DNA of 64,000 nt from Proteromonas lacertae (taxonomy: Eukaryota): assembly GCA_002245135.1 (NCBI GenBank), contig NGBS01000304.1, positions 124,001 to 188,000 on the forward strand, read 5' to 3'. Shown in pieces: positions 11,497 through 23,227 of the stretch. Made by a program: the position numbers and the translations under genes. The stretch's first letter is position 1. Every line of letters starts with the position of its first letter. The notes below the pieces were generated by a model. It was not told the DNA's origin. It saw nothing but the letters and a program-made list of their open reading frames with translations, and did not search any database.

Positions 11497-12748
11497 TTAT
11501 GAAGTTGGATGAATTCTATTACCCTTCTTCCCATGCAATGACGGTAGTTTTGCAATTTCCCAAAAGAATTCAGGTTCAAATAAATCATCATCATCTTCAT
11601 TATCAGGATTACCATTACTCTTAGCCGCTGATAAATGCATAGATTTCATCTTTTGTATTTTCATACTCTTTGCTCTTTGCATACCACCTGGTTGAGTTGA
11701 TATCCTAATTATCCTATTTCTATTGTTATCCTTCCTCAAATTCTTCGGACAAACAGCTCCCTGCTTAAAGAATATTGGCTTAAACGCTGTAGGAGGTTTG
11801 TAACCGTAGCTCATTCGAAATAGAGCAGTTAAGCTTTCAATTGTCATAAATGGTGAAGGCTCAAAGTTATATAAATAAGGATTTGTATTCCTATTAAATA
11901 TACGTTTAATTCTTGATTTACAACCTTCAGGAGGCAATCGTTGGTTATGTTTCATTTGATATTCTTTTATACTATTTATATGTTTATATCGATATGTTAT
12001 TAAATGCACTCTTTCTTTACCTAATGCATAGGACACTACTTTCCTTCTTACATTCAAAATTGTACCAATGATTCGAGGATTTTGTGAAAAATATGAATAT
12101 ACTGTTGGAAGAGGAATAGAACCATCTATAGACTCTATTACTGATTCAATCCATGCATTTAAAGTGTCTAAGTGTTTTTCTCTTGAATCGACTAATTTAT
12201 AAAACTCCATTAACTCTATTGGAGAGATAGATGTGTCTACGTGAATTCCTGCTACGGATAGTAGACTTGGTATTAAATGGCTACCACTAGTTATTGTGAA
12301 TAGTAACACAAACTGTAGAAATATATCGAATGATATTTCATTATCTAAGTAAATTATAAAATAAGCGTTTCTAATACTATAAATTATAAAATATCTCTGC
12401 AAAATTGATGTTTGCTTTAGATGATAGCCTTTACATAAATTATCAAAACTTAAATATGTGTCAGCTTTATTATATCTAAACCAAAGCCTTAAATATTCGG
12501 TAGATATTAGATTTATTTCAAATACATTCACTAAATATAAAATTATTCTTAATTATACAACAAAAATAACTCACAAATTCTTTTGATATACTATTGAGTG
12601 GTAAATTAAGATGTTTATAGATATCGACATATTTAAAACGTATCGAGTTACTTCTTGAGTAAGCAGTCATCTATTTGATAGAAAAACAATTTATTCATAC
12701 CAATGCTTCTGGTAGTTGTTTATTTGTCACCTGATATATTTGTGCCAT
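11497..12748 (-). CDS. Hypothetical protein, possibly with degenerate EF-hand-like helices
   Basis: 344-aa ORF extended by two GT-AG introns to ATG 12748. No firm family motif recognised. Confidence 0.55.
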
Positions 12749-12925
12749 TTATTACTTTTAAAACATGTGTATAGAGAAATATAAAAGTGTAACGAAACAG
12801 ATTTGTTAATTCAAGCTTTTTTAAAACGATTATTTTATCTACTCTGATGTTGATCAATTCTTTTTCAAAAATTATAAATAGAACTAGCCAACACAAACAA
12901 TATCAATACATAAATAAATATTATG

Positions 12926-13673
12926 TTATGCAGAAATTTTGTTCAATATTTGTGAATGAGCAGGACTTGCTGAACTATGCTGTGATGACTGCTCTTCTGG
13001 TATTGCATATGTTGCAGTTCCAGTTTTTATATTCTGATAATAGCTCTTTCCTTTTTCATCATAATACTTAGAGTAGTTTTTATCCCCTATTTCTACTATT
13101 ATCTCCACCATAATAATTCTGATAATCCTTTTTAAAATCTTGTTTGTTATATTTCTCTTGACCATAACCATATTCACCGTAATTCCCCTTCTTATTGTCA
13201 TAATTATACCACTGATTCTGGTCAGCATAATACTGATTCCAATTATCACTGTATTTATACGGACTTACTGAACTAGTGTTGCTAATTCGACTACTTTGAT
13301 ATTCACTCTGATTATCACCATAACAAGTATCATAATCAACTTTTGCTTTAATAAAACTCTCTTTGGGTGGATAACCATAATCATCAACTGTACCAACATT
13401 TTCAAATGTTTTAGGATCATAATAATTGTTGTTTGTATAATCAAAATAATATCCAGATGATGGATCATAGAAGGATGTTTCAGTAGGACGACTTGCAACT
13501 ATTAAATACATAAATACAAAATATATATTTATATATATATACTTTGTTCTAATAATTCAGATGTTCTTCTAGGATGTGTTATTCTTGACACTCTTGAAAC
13601 TCTACTGACATTTGAATAACGATTAGGTGATGTGTTTTTAGGTGGTGGAGGTGGTAAACTATTAATAAATAAA

Positions 13674-13704
<31 letters not shown>

Positions 13705-16182
13705 TAATATATAGATACTTATCAGCACCAGTAATAAGTGCTCTTTCTTTACATCTTTTTTGTTGCAATAACACCATTTCTAAACGAATACGTCTTTCTG
13801 GATCAAATTTCTTTCTTTGCAACGATTCTCTATTAAAGAAATAATTAATATACATATATATATACGCTGCTTTTCTATCATTTTCTTCTTTATCCTTCAT
13901 CAATGCTTTAATATCTTTCATATATCTATCTTGTAATATTCTCTTCAATTCTAATTTATCTTTTCTCTTCTTTTCTTCTTCTTCTAATTTCAATCTTTCT
14001 TCTTCTTCTTTCTTTATTTGGGCTAATTTTTCTTCCTCTTTCTTTTGGGCTTCTCTTAATGCTTTTTCTTTTTCTTCTCTCTTCTTTCTCATTGCTTCAT
14101 CTTTTTCTTTTCGTTTTCTTAATATTTCTGCTTCTTCATATTGTCGTTTTTTATCTAATAAAGCTCTGTAATTATCTTCTTTCTCTTTTAATGCTTGTCT
14201 TCTTCTTCTCTCTTTCTCTAACAATTCTTTCTTCTTTTTATATTCAGATTTCTTTCTTACACAATAAAATTAAAGAAAAAAATGTCAATATAACAATCAA
14301 AAAGATATTTTCTTCTTCTAAAAATTTAATTCTTTCAATTTCTCTCTGATTTCTTTTCAGTACATATACTCTTCTACACACAAACATTTTATAAGTGGCT
14401 TGAATCTTACTAGCTGCACGATGAAATACTCTTTCTTTCCATTGAGATACTCTATCCCAGTGAAATGATAAGAAAGTCCATTTCTTCTCATTATTTTGTT
14501 TTTTAGTTGTAATTAATGGAAATCCTCTGTATATTGGACATGTTTTTGGCCTTTTCATTGTTCTTACTTGTTCAAATTCTTCTTTTTCTTTATCTATTTC
14601 TTCTTTTATTTCTTCATATTCAAATTCTAATTTTGCAGCTTCTGAAGCAGCTTGTAAACGTTCTGAAAGATCATTGGTTGAATTGAAACGTAATTTATCT
14701 GTTCTTTTCATATCTTTCGTTAATTTCTAATACAATAATAATAATAAAGTAAAATACATACTTTTTCTTTATAACTAAGTGATATTCTATGTTTATATTC
14801 TCTTTTAATACATTCCAATAGTTGATTCTGTGCTTCAATATCGTCATCTTTATATAAATGTTTAATCCTCCAATCTTCTCTTTCTACAGTCGATAAAGTG
14901 CCTAAAGTGACATGAATTCTTCTCTCAACTCTTTCAAAATCATTTTTCTCAAAATAACTCAAAGTTCCTATTGATATTAAATGTGTAACATATCTTGGAG
15001 TTAATATATCACCAACTAAACCTCTGAAGGCTTGAGGATAGGAGGAATTAGTGTCGACTATTTCAAAGATAGTAAAACGGTTGAAGCCTTTTGGTTGAAC
15101 AGGTACTATTAATAGGAAATGAGAAAATAAATGAAGAAAATAAGAAGAAAATGAAAAAAATTAACAATAAACATAAAAAAGAATTAGAAAAAGATAAAAA
15201 CAAAATATAATAGTGAGTAGAAAATAATGAAAAAAGTAGAAGAAAATATAAAAACATTATAATATATATACAGATATGACCAGTTATTAATAGAGAATCT
15301 AAACCACCTTGTAATATAAACTGTTTTAAAATATAAGGTTTCTTCACACAATGTTCAGCCAATGAAGATAATGCAATTGTACATGATAACTGTAATGCAT
15401 AATCACTTTCTGGATGATTCCAAACCTCTTCCGAGCTTAACGGAATTATTTCATTTGAGTTGATAATTCCAGCATATATACTTAATACTTCTACAACACC
15501 ATTTAAACATAGTACATCAATTGATTTTTCATCGAAACATAAATTTATCAATATATACACATATCCAGCTTTCATCCTTTCTTCTGTACTTTCATAAAAT
15601 AATTTCACAATTAATTGAAGTAAAGGACTATTGGATATTTCATTTCTTAATCGTTTTTGTGTTGATAGTTGTATTAAGTCACATATGGATGGATAGACTG
15701 AATCTACATTTTTTAACTCACTGACCATTAATTCATAATATCTGTGTGGAATTTCAAATTTTGAATAATCTACATTTGGAGGAGGTGGTGCATTGTATAA
15801 TGATCGTTTTAATGCGTTTTGTCTTACTGTTCTATTGATAAATGTTCTAGAAGCTGGTAATCTTTCTGATTCTTTTCTTTTTAAGATTAATCTTGCAGAT
15901 CTATTTTTTAATACTTTTGCTTCACGAATTTCATCTTCTCTATCTCTTTTAGTTGGAATTTGACATTGCTAAAACAATAAAAGATAATAATTAAACTGGA
16001 TCAACAATGCAACAATAACTGTTTTCAAATTTATAAGTATAAAATCGACTCTTTGGACCAACAGATTCTAAATCAATGAATAATACTATTTTCATACCCA
16101 TGCACATCTGATCAATCAATATTCTCTCCCATCGATATATTTGTCTCATAAATAAAGATCTACATGAACGAACTACTGACAT
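12926..16182 (-). CDS. Multi-exon protein: ARM-like repeats, IQ motif, charged coiled coil, OCRE-like and WW-like domains
   Basis: Exons splice in frame from ATG 16182. IQ motif AASKIQATYKMFVCRR; OCRE-like FYDPSSGYYFDYTNNNYYDPKT; WW-like YSKYYDEKGKSYYQNIKTGTATYAIP lies in the +1 frame after 13080. Confidence 0.65.
14257..14308 (-). other. Putative U12-type intron with AT-AA termini (52 nt)
   Basis: ATATCTTTTTGATTGTTATATTGACATTTTTTTCTTTAATTTTATTGTGTAA. Removal gives FLEEE-RKKSEYKKKKELL in frame. Confidence 0.65.
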
Positions 16183-16204
16183 ACAATCAAAACGAAAATA
16201 AAAT

Positions 16205-16215
16205 GAAACGAATAT
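16205..16215. promoter_or_regulatory. Recurrent upstream motif GAAACGAAT(AT)
   Basis: Same 11-mer at 2449-2459 (reverse complement) and 21106-21116, 9-mer at 54040-54048 (reverse complement). All lie within about 90 nt upstream of an ATG. Confidence 0.4.
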
Positions 16216-16395
16216 ATTTTTTTATAAGTAATGGAAATTCATAGTAGAATGATAATATTTAACTAAATTACATTCTTCAACTTTAAATTCATCGAAACAA
16301 GTTGATCAACATTTTCCAATTGGATTAATTATTAATTACACAAAAAAAAAAAGAAAAACATAAATTAAAACAATAAATATAAATCTAACACTTTT

Positions 16396-17051
16396 TTATA
16401 CCTTTGATTCTTCTTCACTTTCCTTCTTCTCTCCTAAATTATATTCTTCTAATTTTTTAATCATTGGAACATCACCTCCACTCCATGATGTATTGGTAAC
16501 TTCAATTCTTTCAGACATCTTATCTAACACTGCTTTCAACATTTCTCCAAATTCATTTGTCATTTGTTCCATTCTAATCTTCATTTGTACGATTTCTTGT
16601 TCTCTTTGTGATATTATTTTATTTTTTTCTTCTTTAGTCTTTTTAAGTGTTTCTTTGGCTATTTCTAACTGATTTTGTAATTCTGTTATTGTGTTTTTTA
16701 AACCTGTTATTTGAACTATTAGAGATTCTCTTACTGCTGTGTATTCTGAAGACATATTCACTGCTATTTCTTCACACTTTTTATGAGCTTTTTCGTATTT
16801 TTTATTATATTCTTCTATTTTTTCTCGTAAATATGCATTTCTGGTTTCTGCTTCACCTGCATCGCATCCATGACTTACTATAACAATTAAACGATTTATA
16901 ATACTCATTTGTTGAAATATTACTTTGGTTGTGTTTTCTTGGATCTTAGTTAAGTCTTCTACTGAAGGACCTTCATCCTCCTCTATATATTTATAAAGCA
17001 TATGTCCTATTAATAAGTAATACTCTTTCGTGGTTTGAATTTCTTTGACAT
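16396..17051 (-). CDS. CCDC153/DRC12-like coiled-coil protein
   Basis: C-terminal EIVQMKIRMEQMTNEFGEMLKAVLDKMSERIEVTNTSW resembles protist CCDC153 as recalled. First exon MSKKFKPRK is joined by a GT-AG intron. Confidence 0.55.
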
Positions 17052-17151
17052 ATCTAGAGAAAAACTAATAACAAAAATAAAACGATTATTTGACTCGAGT
17101 TTAGGCTTGTGAAAGTCATTTTCATCTTTGATTTAATTTCATTTTTTCTCA

Positions 17152-19806
17152 ATGAATTATAACTTTCAAAGACCAGAAAATGCAATAACTAGAGCTAATG
17201 GTATATATCTATTGCATTTTAATATTCTTTTGATAGAACTCTTAAAAGTTGGTGAAGTTCACAATGCAGCAGTTGCTCTTTATTCAATTTTTACTTCTGG
17301 AAGACACAAGAACTGGACTCCAACTCATGAAGTAATAATGAAAAAGTTATTGGGAATTTGTTTTGATTTGAGAGATGACAATATGGTTAAAGAAGCAATA
17401 ACACAATATCGTAATATTTGTCAAAATTCTGTATATATAATATAATATAATTTATTAATAACTAGAACACTCCTTCTTCAATGTTAACTGTAATTAACGA
17501 ATTTATAGAAGAAATCTACAAGAAGATAGAAAAGTTACAAAATCAAGCTTTACCAAGTAATGATATAGATAGTTGGATATTGTTTTTATATGAAACATTA
17601 CGAAATACTTTAGAAAGTCTAAAGAACAATGGTCCAATGTCATCATTATATCATTCATTCTGTCGAGAAGCATTCAATTTCTGTAAAAAGTTCAATCGAC
17701 CAAAAGAATTCCGAAGATTATATGATTTAATCACAGCTCATTTAAAACTGATAATTCAAAGATCAAGTACTCCAAGTGAACAAGCTTATACTGAAAAATA
17801 CCGAGTTTATTGGAATTTTTCAACAGCTGAAGAACATTTAGAAACTCGATTTGAATTATTAGATATTGCATTAGAATTAAAATGTTATGAAGTTTGCTTT
17901 ATGGTAATTCAAGATATCCATAATATAATGGATGAGATGGATCAAAAATTAATAAAAGAAGATAGTCGTTTCAATAAGCAGAATTATACTTTGCAAGTAT
18001 TAAAACCATCAGTAATTTCTCGATATTATGAAAAATTGAGTGAAATCTTTTGGGTATCTAAAAACTACTTATATCATGCATTTTCTCGATTAAAATACTT
18101 TTCTCTTTATAAATCCCTCTACAAGAAGTTTAATGAAAAGAAAGAAGAAGTAAGTTCAATCGTATTACTATCTGCTATTTGTATTCCATTAATAAATCGA
18201 AATGATGGAAATGATTATCAATACAGTAGTCTACTTAACTTGAAAGAAACAATTCCAACTCGTGAAAGTTTATTTAAAGAAATTACTTCAATCAAAATCC
18301 ATAAAGATGCGATCAGTGAATTTAAAAAGTTATACGAATTATTGGAAGTTGAATTACATCCTTTAACGTTAGTGAAACAATCATTGAAAGCCTTAGAAAT
18401 GATTCGAAATAGTGATATCTACAGTCAATATGAAACTCCAATCAAAATTGTAATATTACAAAAGATCTTGAATCAATTATCAACAATCTATACAACAATG
18501 AAAATAGATCATTTCTTCAAATTGGTAAAAGATTTAAATTTAAGTGAATTTACAATTGAAAGAATCATAATCGCTAGTATAAAAAGTGACCATATTCATG
18601 TTCGAATTGATCATAAAAATGGTTGTTTATTATTCAACAACAGTGATAGTTTAGAATCAAATGATATGAAAACTCAATTACAAGTATTATGTAATAGATT
18701 AGAAAGTGTAGTAAATCACTTATATAATAATAATAATAATAATAATAATATTCGAAATAATAATAATAATAATATCGATATAAGTGAAATTCGAAAGAAT
18801 TTAGATAAAGAATATAAAGAAGCGATAGAGAGAAAGAATTTAATCGAAAAGCGAAAACAAGAAGCTGAAAATAATGAGATGGAGAGAAGAAAGAAATTAG
18901 AAGAGAAATTGAAGAAAGAAGAAGAAGAAAGATTAGAAAAAGAACGAATTCGAATGATAGAAGAACAGAGAAAACGAGAGATCGAAAAGAAAGAGAAAAT
19001 GGAGAAAGAAGCGAAGTTGAAACAAGCTCAGACAGCTGCTAAAAGACTTGGTAAAGTTGGTCCATACAGTGCAAATGATTTAGATGATGAAAAATATCGA
19101 AAATTGATCGAAGAAAGTGAAGAGAAAGATCGAAAATTGATGATTGAAATTGTATTTTATATTATTATGTTTTATTTATTTTGAATAGCAAAAACGAATG
19201 AAAGATAATGCAAAAAGATTAGATTATATAACTCGAGCAATTCGTGAAACTGAAGCTCCATTAATATCTGAACAAATCAAGAAAGATAAAGAAGAAGCCT
19301 ATAAATACATTGAAGAAGAATATAATATATATAAAGAAAAAGCTGAGAATTATATAAAGAATGTGTCAATCTGGAAAGAGATTTTACCGATAGTAGAACC
19401 TGAAATCGAAAATTATGAAGATAAAATAATCTCATTAAGATGTTCAGAGATAAAAGAAGAATTAGAGAGTCGTCAAAATGAATATTTGAAAGCTAAAGCT
19501 GAAGAAGAAGAAAAACGAAGAGTAGAAGAAGAAGAGAGACGAAAAGAACAATTAAGAATTGAACAAGAGAATAAAGCAAAGAATACCTATGTTATACCTG
19601 GCAAACGAGGAATGAGTGTAGATAATAGTAATACTGGTTTTAGTGATAGAAGATATGATAGAAATAATGCTTCTAATATGATGAGAAACTCTGGATCTTC
19701 CAGATCTTCAGGTTTAGTTGGTGAATCTTCTTCTTCTTCAAGTGGTTTAGGTGGTAGTAGTGGTAGTGGAGGTAAATATGTTCCTCCAAATCTAAGAAGA
19801 AAATAA
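17152..19806 (+). CDS. EIF3A: Translation initiation factor 3 subunit A, 3 introns
   Basis: FQRPENAITRA, WILFLYETLRNTLESLKNN, EFRRL, LETRF, a PCI domain, KRLDYITRAIRETEAPL and the C-terminal GKYVPP. Confidence 0.95.
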
Positions 19807-19892
19807 ATATGTTAATTATTATTATATTGTTTGAAAGTATTGTATATTGTTTAACAAACACAAATATTACATTTTTCATAAAAATAATGCAA

Positions 19893-20915
19893 TTAAAATT
19901 GATCAATTTCTAAACTTTTATTTGGATGTTTATCTTTCATTCTTTTTTTAAAATCATCATAATTTGATATTTTGTTTTCTACCATCCATAATGACTTTAA
20001 TTCTTTACATTTATGAAGATTGTTTATCAATATTTCTCCTCTTTTATCTCCAATTTCATTATCATGCAAATCAAATATTTGTAACTTTTGTATTCCACTA
20101 ATATTTTCACACAAATATTCAACTCCTCTATCACCTATATTATTATTTATTCATTATTATCACCATTACATATATACTATTCAAGCATAATCTTTCTAAA
20201 TTTGGAATGTCCTTAGAATGTGAACTTAAATACTTCATATCTTCATCTACCAATTCACAACCTATTTAATAATTATGATGAAATTAATACCTACAAATAG
20301 AATATTTCTTATTTTTGGAATGAAATGAAGGTTTTCTGAAAAGAATTATTATCAAACTTATTAAAATTTAACCATATTAGCTCCAAATTTGGAAAGAATT
20401 TAAAACATTCTGAGAATATATTTAATCCACTTGAAGTTAAATCATTATCTATAAATATTATTATTCAATAATTATACACTCAATATTTATTTTTGTGATA
20501 TTATTAATTCTTGTAAGTTTTGAATATAAATATTTCATTCCTTCATCTTTCATATTAACTAATTATTATATATTTTAATATTATATTATACATACAACAA
20601 GACAAATTCAATTCATTTCCATTTCCTTTTTTACATTTATCAATTTCATCATCAATTTCATTTTCTAGTTTAAAATATATTTATATTATTTATACTCAAT
20701 CTATCATCAATCTTTATTACATCTTCTTCAAATGGAATTACTGGAAGTTCTGCTTCATTTAATTCTATTTTATTACATAACCCAGAAAATGAATTCATTT
20801 ATTTTAATCACCAATTACCTCTACAACAGTAATAAACTACAATTAAAAATATCAAACTTTTTAAACTTTTCTCTTAATTTCAATCAACTGAATTATAAAA
20901 AGAATAGCAAATAAC
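19893..20915 (-). pseudogene. Decayed ribonuclease-inhibitor-type leucine-rich repeat gene
   Basis: LRR exons separated by phase-1 introns (NDLTSSGLNIFSECFKFFPNLELIWL; NEIGDKRGEILINNL). There is an in-frame TAA near 20488, a frameshift near 20340 and an acceptor apparently changed to AA near 20148. Confidence 0.6.
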
Positions 20916-21161
20916 ATCTCTGTTAAATGTTTTATATTACAAACACTTATAAAATAGTTTTAAATTAAACAAGATGATAATTGATTTCATAATTATTGAA
21001 CATGTAATATAATATATCTAAGTAAAATAATTCACTATGTCTTAATCCATATGTAGAATGGAGATATTGTTGATTATTCTCATGAATTCTGAGATTGAAA
21101 ATATCGAAACGAATATTTTTTATTAATATTTTGGACATCATTTAAGGGAATAATCAAACAA

Positions 21162-22036
21162 ATGTTAAAACAACCATTGAAATATTATAAAAAAGTAACA
21201 TTAATAACAGGTGGTTCTAAAGGAATAGGAGCTGGATGTGGTATAACATTTTTATATATTCTTAGTGAAAGAATTTATAAAAGCAGGATCAAATGTTATA
21301 TTTTGTGCACGAGAGCAGGAAATAGGAGAATTATTAGTACCGACTTATGTAATTATGAGAATAGGTAGAAAAAGTAAACAAAATAGGTCCAGGTAATGCA
21401 AAATTTATAAAATGTGATGTATCAAATAAAAAAGACCTTCAAAAGCTAGTAAACTTCACGGTAGATGAGTATGGAAGAATAGATTGTTTAATTAATAATG
21501 CAGGATGGCATCCACCACCTACATCATTTTTAGATACAAAAGTAGAAGATTTTGAAAGTCTACTCAATCTGAATTTAGTTTCATATTTTTATTTAACAAA
21601 GTATAATATCTATTTTTTTAATGAATTTAGAATATGTATTCCACATATGATAAAAACTAAAGGAAATATAATAAATATGTCAAGTCTAGTAGGCCATATA
21701 GGCCAATCAAATGCAGTCGCATATTGTGCAACAAAAGGAGCAATCCATTCAATGACAAAAGCAATAGCAATTGATATAGCAAAATATGAAATCAGATGTA
21801 ATTCAATTTCACCAGGCAATATAAGAACTCCATTATTCGATGATTGGTTGAATGGAACTGATGATGCTTCAAAGACATTAACGGAACAGAATAACGTGCA
21901 ACATTTACATCGTTTAGGAACAATTGAAGAATGTGGAAAATTAGCTTTGTATATTGCAAGTGATGCTACATTTACTACTGGAGCTGATTTTATAATAAGT
22001 GGTGGAGCTGAATTGGGGTATGGATCGAAGTTTTAA
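21162..22036 (+). CDS. HSD17B14: Short-chain dehydrogenase, HSD17B14/DHRS10 type (L-fucose dehydrogenase-like), 3 introns
   Basis: TGGSKGIG, LINNAGWHPPP, NMSSLVG, YCATKG, ISPGNIRTPL and the C-terminal GGAELGYG. Introns at 21241-21265, 21337-21364 and 21601-21630. Confidence 0.85.
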
Positions 22037-22189
22037 TTGTTATATGTTTAAATAATAAAGATTAATTCATTTGGTATATTAAACCAAAAAACAATTGACA
22101 AAACAACATAATTTTTATTAATTATTACATAAAAAAAAAAAACTTTTTCTAAAAAAATTGTGTGTATGTTACGTTTGAAAGAATTTGAT

Positions 22190-23138
22190 TTATTCTTCTG
22201 TTTCTTCAACATTCTCTTCATCTCTCTCCTCATCACCATTATCACTACTATCTCTCTTTCGTTTCAAACCTTTCATCTTTCTTGTCTGTAAATGATCGAA
22301 ATTTTGTCTATCCATATGAATAGTACCAATCTTATCCCCAAACACTGAATGTGATATATTCTTCACTTTCTTAACCATATTCTGTTTAGGTATACGACAT
22401 GCCTGCTTTCTAACATCCTCATCTGCAAATAGTGTTCTTCTTATAACCATATCAAAATTTGGACCTTGAGGAATTAAGTCTATTTTTGGATACTTTGTTC
22501 CTGTTGGAGTGGTAGTACAACAATATGTTCTAAAGTAGATTTTGTCGTCTAATACACTACAGGAGATGATTAGATCTACTCCTTCTTGGTCTATTTCTTT
22601 TTCATCTTTTATATGGAAAAAATCAATTATTAAATTCTTTATATTTTTGTATTTATCATCATTTTCAAATTCAGCTCCTTGAAAAATGAAACTTGGCTTG
22701 TGTCCAAATGGTGCTTTTAAACCTTTAATCTCAGTCATTGATACAAAATTCTCTATTCCGAATTCTACAAGGTCTAATATGTGTGAATCAAATAATCTTC
22801 CCATAACAATATTGTCTGGTCGCTTTTTTGAATTTGTTGCAAATAAAAACAGACTACAGTCATTCTTTTCTGATAAAAATTCAAAAGGTGATGGATCTTC
22901 AAAAGGTAAGTATTCATTGTTCTTTTGAAGTCTAACAACATATGGGTCTTTTAGACGTGCCTATTAGAAATAACAATAAGCAATTTTTATAACATACAAG
23001 TTCTTTTAACACATCTTTTGTAACTTGTGAAGGTTTTGTACCTTTTATTATCAAAGCTTTCTTTGGATTCTCATTGATTTTTGGTTCTCTATCTTTTAAT
23101 ATCCTCTCAATACGCGCTCTCTTGCTTTTCTTTGGCAT
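22190..23138 (-). CDS. RPF2: Ribosome production factor 2 (Brix domain), 1 intron
   Basis: REPKINENPK, PFED, KKRPDNIVMGRLFDSHILDLVEFG, GPNFDMVIRR, LQTRKMKGLK. Confidence 0.93.
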
Positions 23139-23227
23139 TTAAATGCAATTTGATAAAATACTTCTAACTATTGTTCGATGTCGATATTTGTTTGAGGTTT
23201 GAGAAATCTTTCTTTTTAGATTTAAAT

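Noticed and set aside
20130..20180. GT-AA intron in the LRR gene
   Set aside because: The locus has other disabling lesions, the donor is major-type, and a downstream AG keeps the frame.
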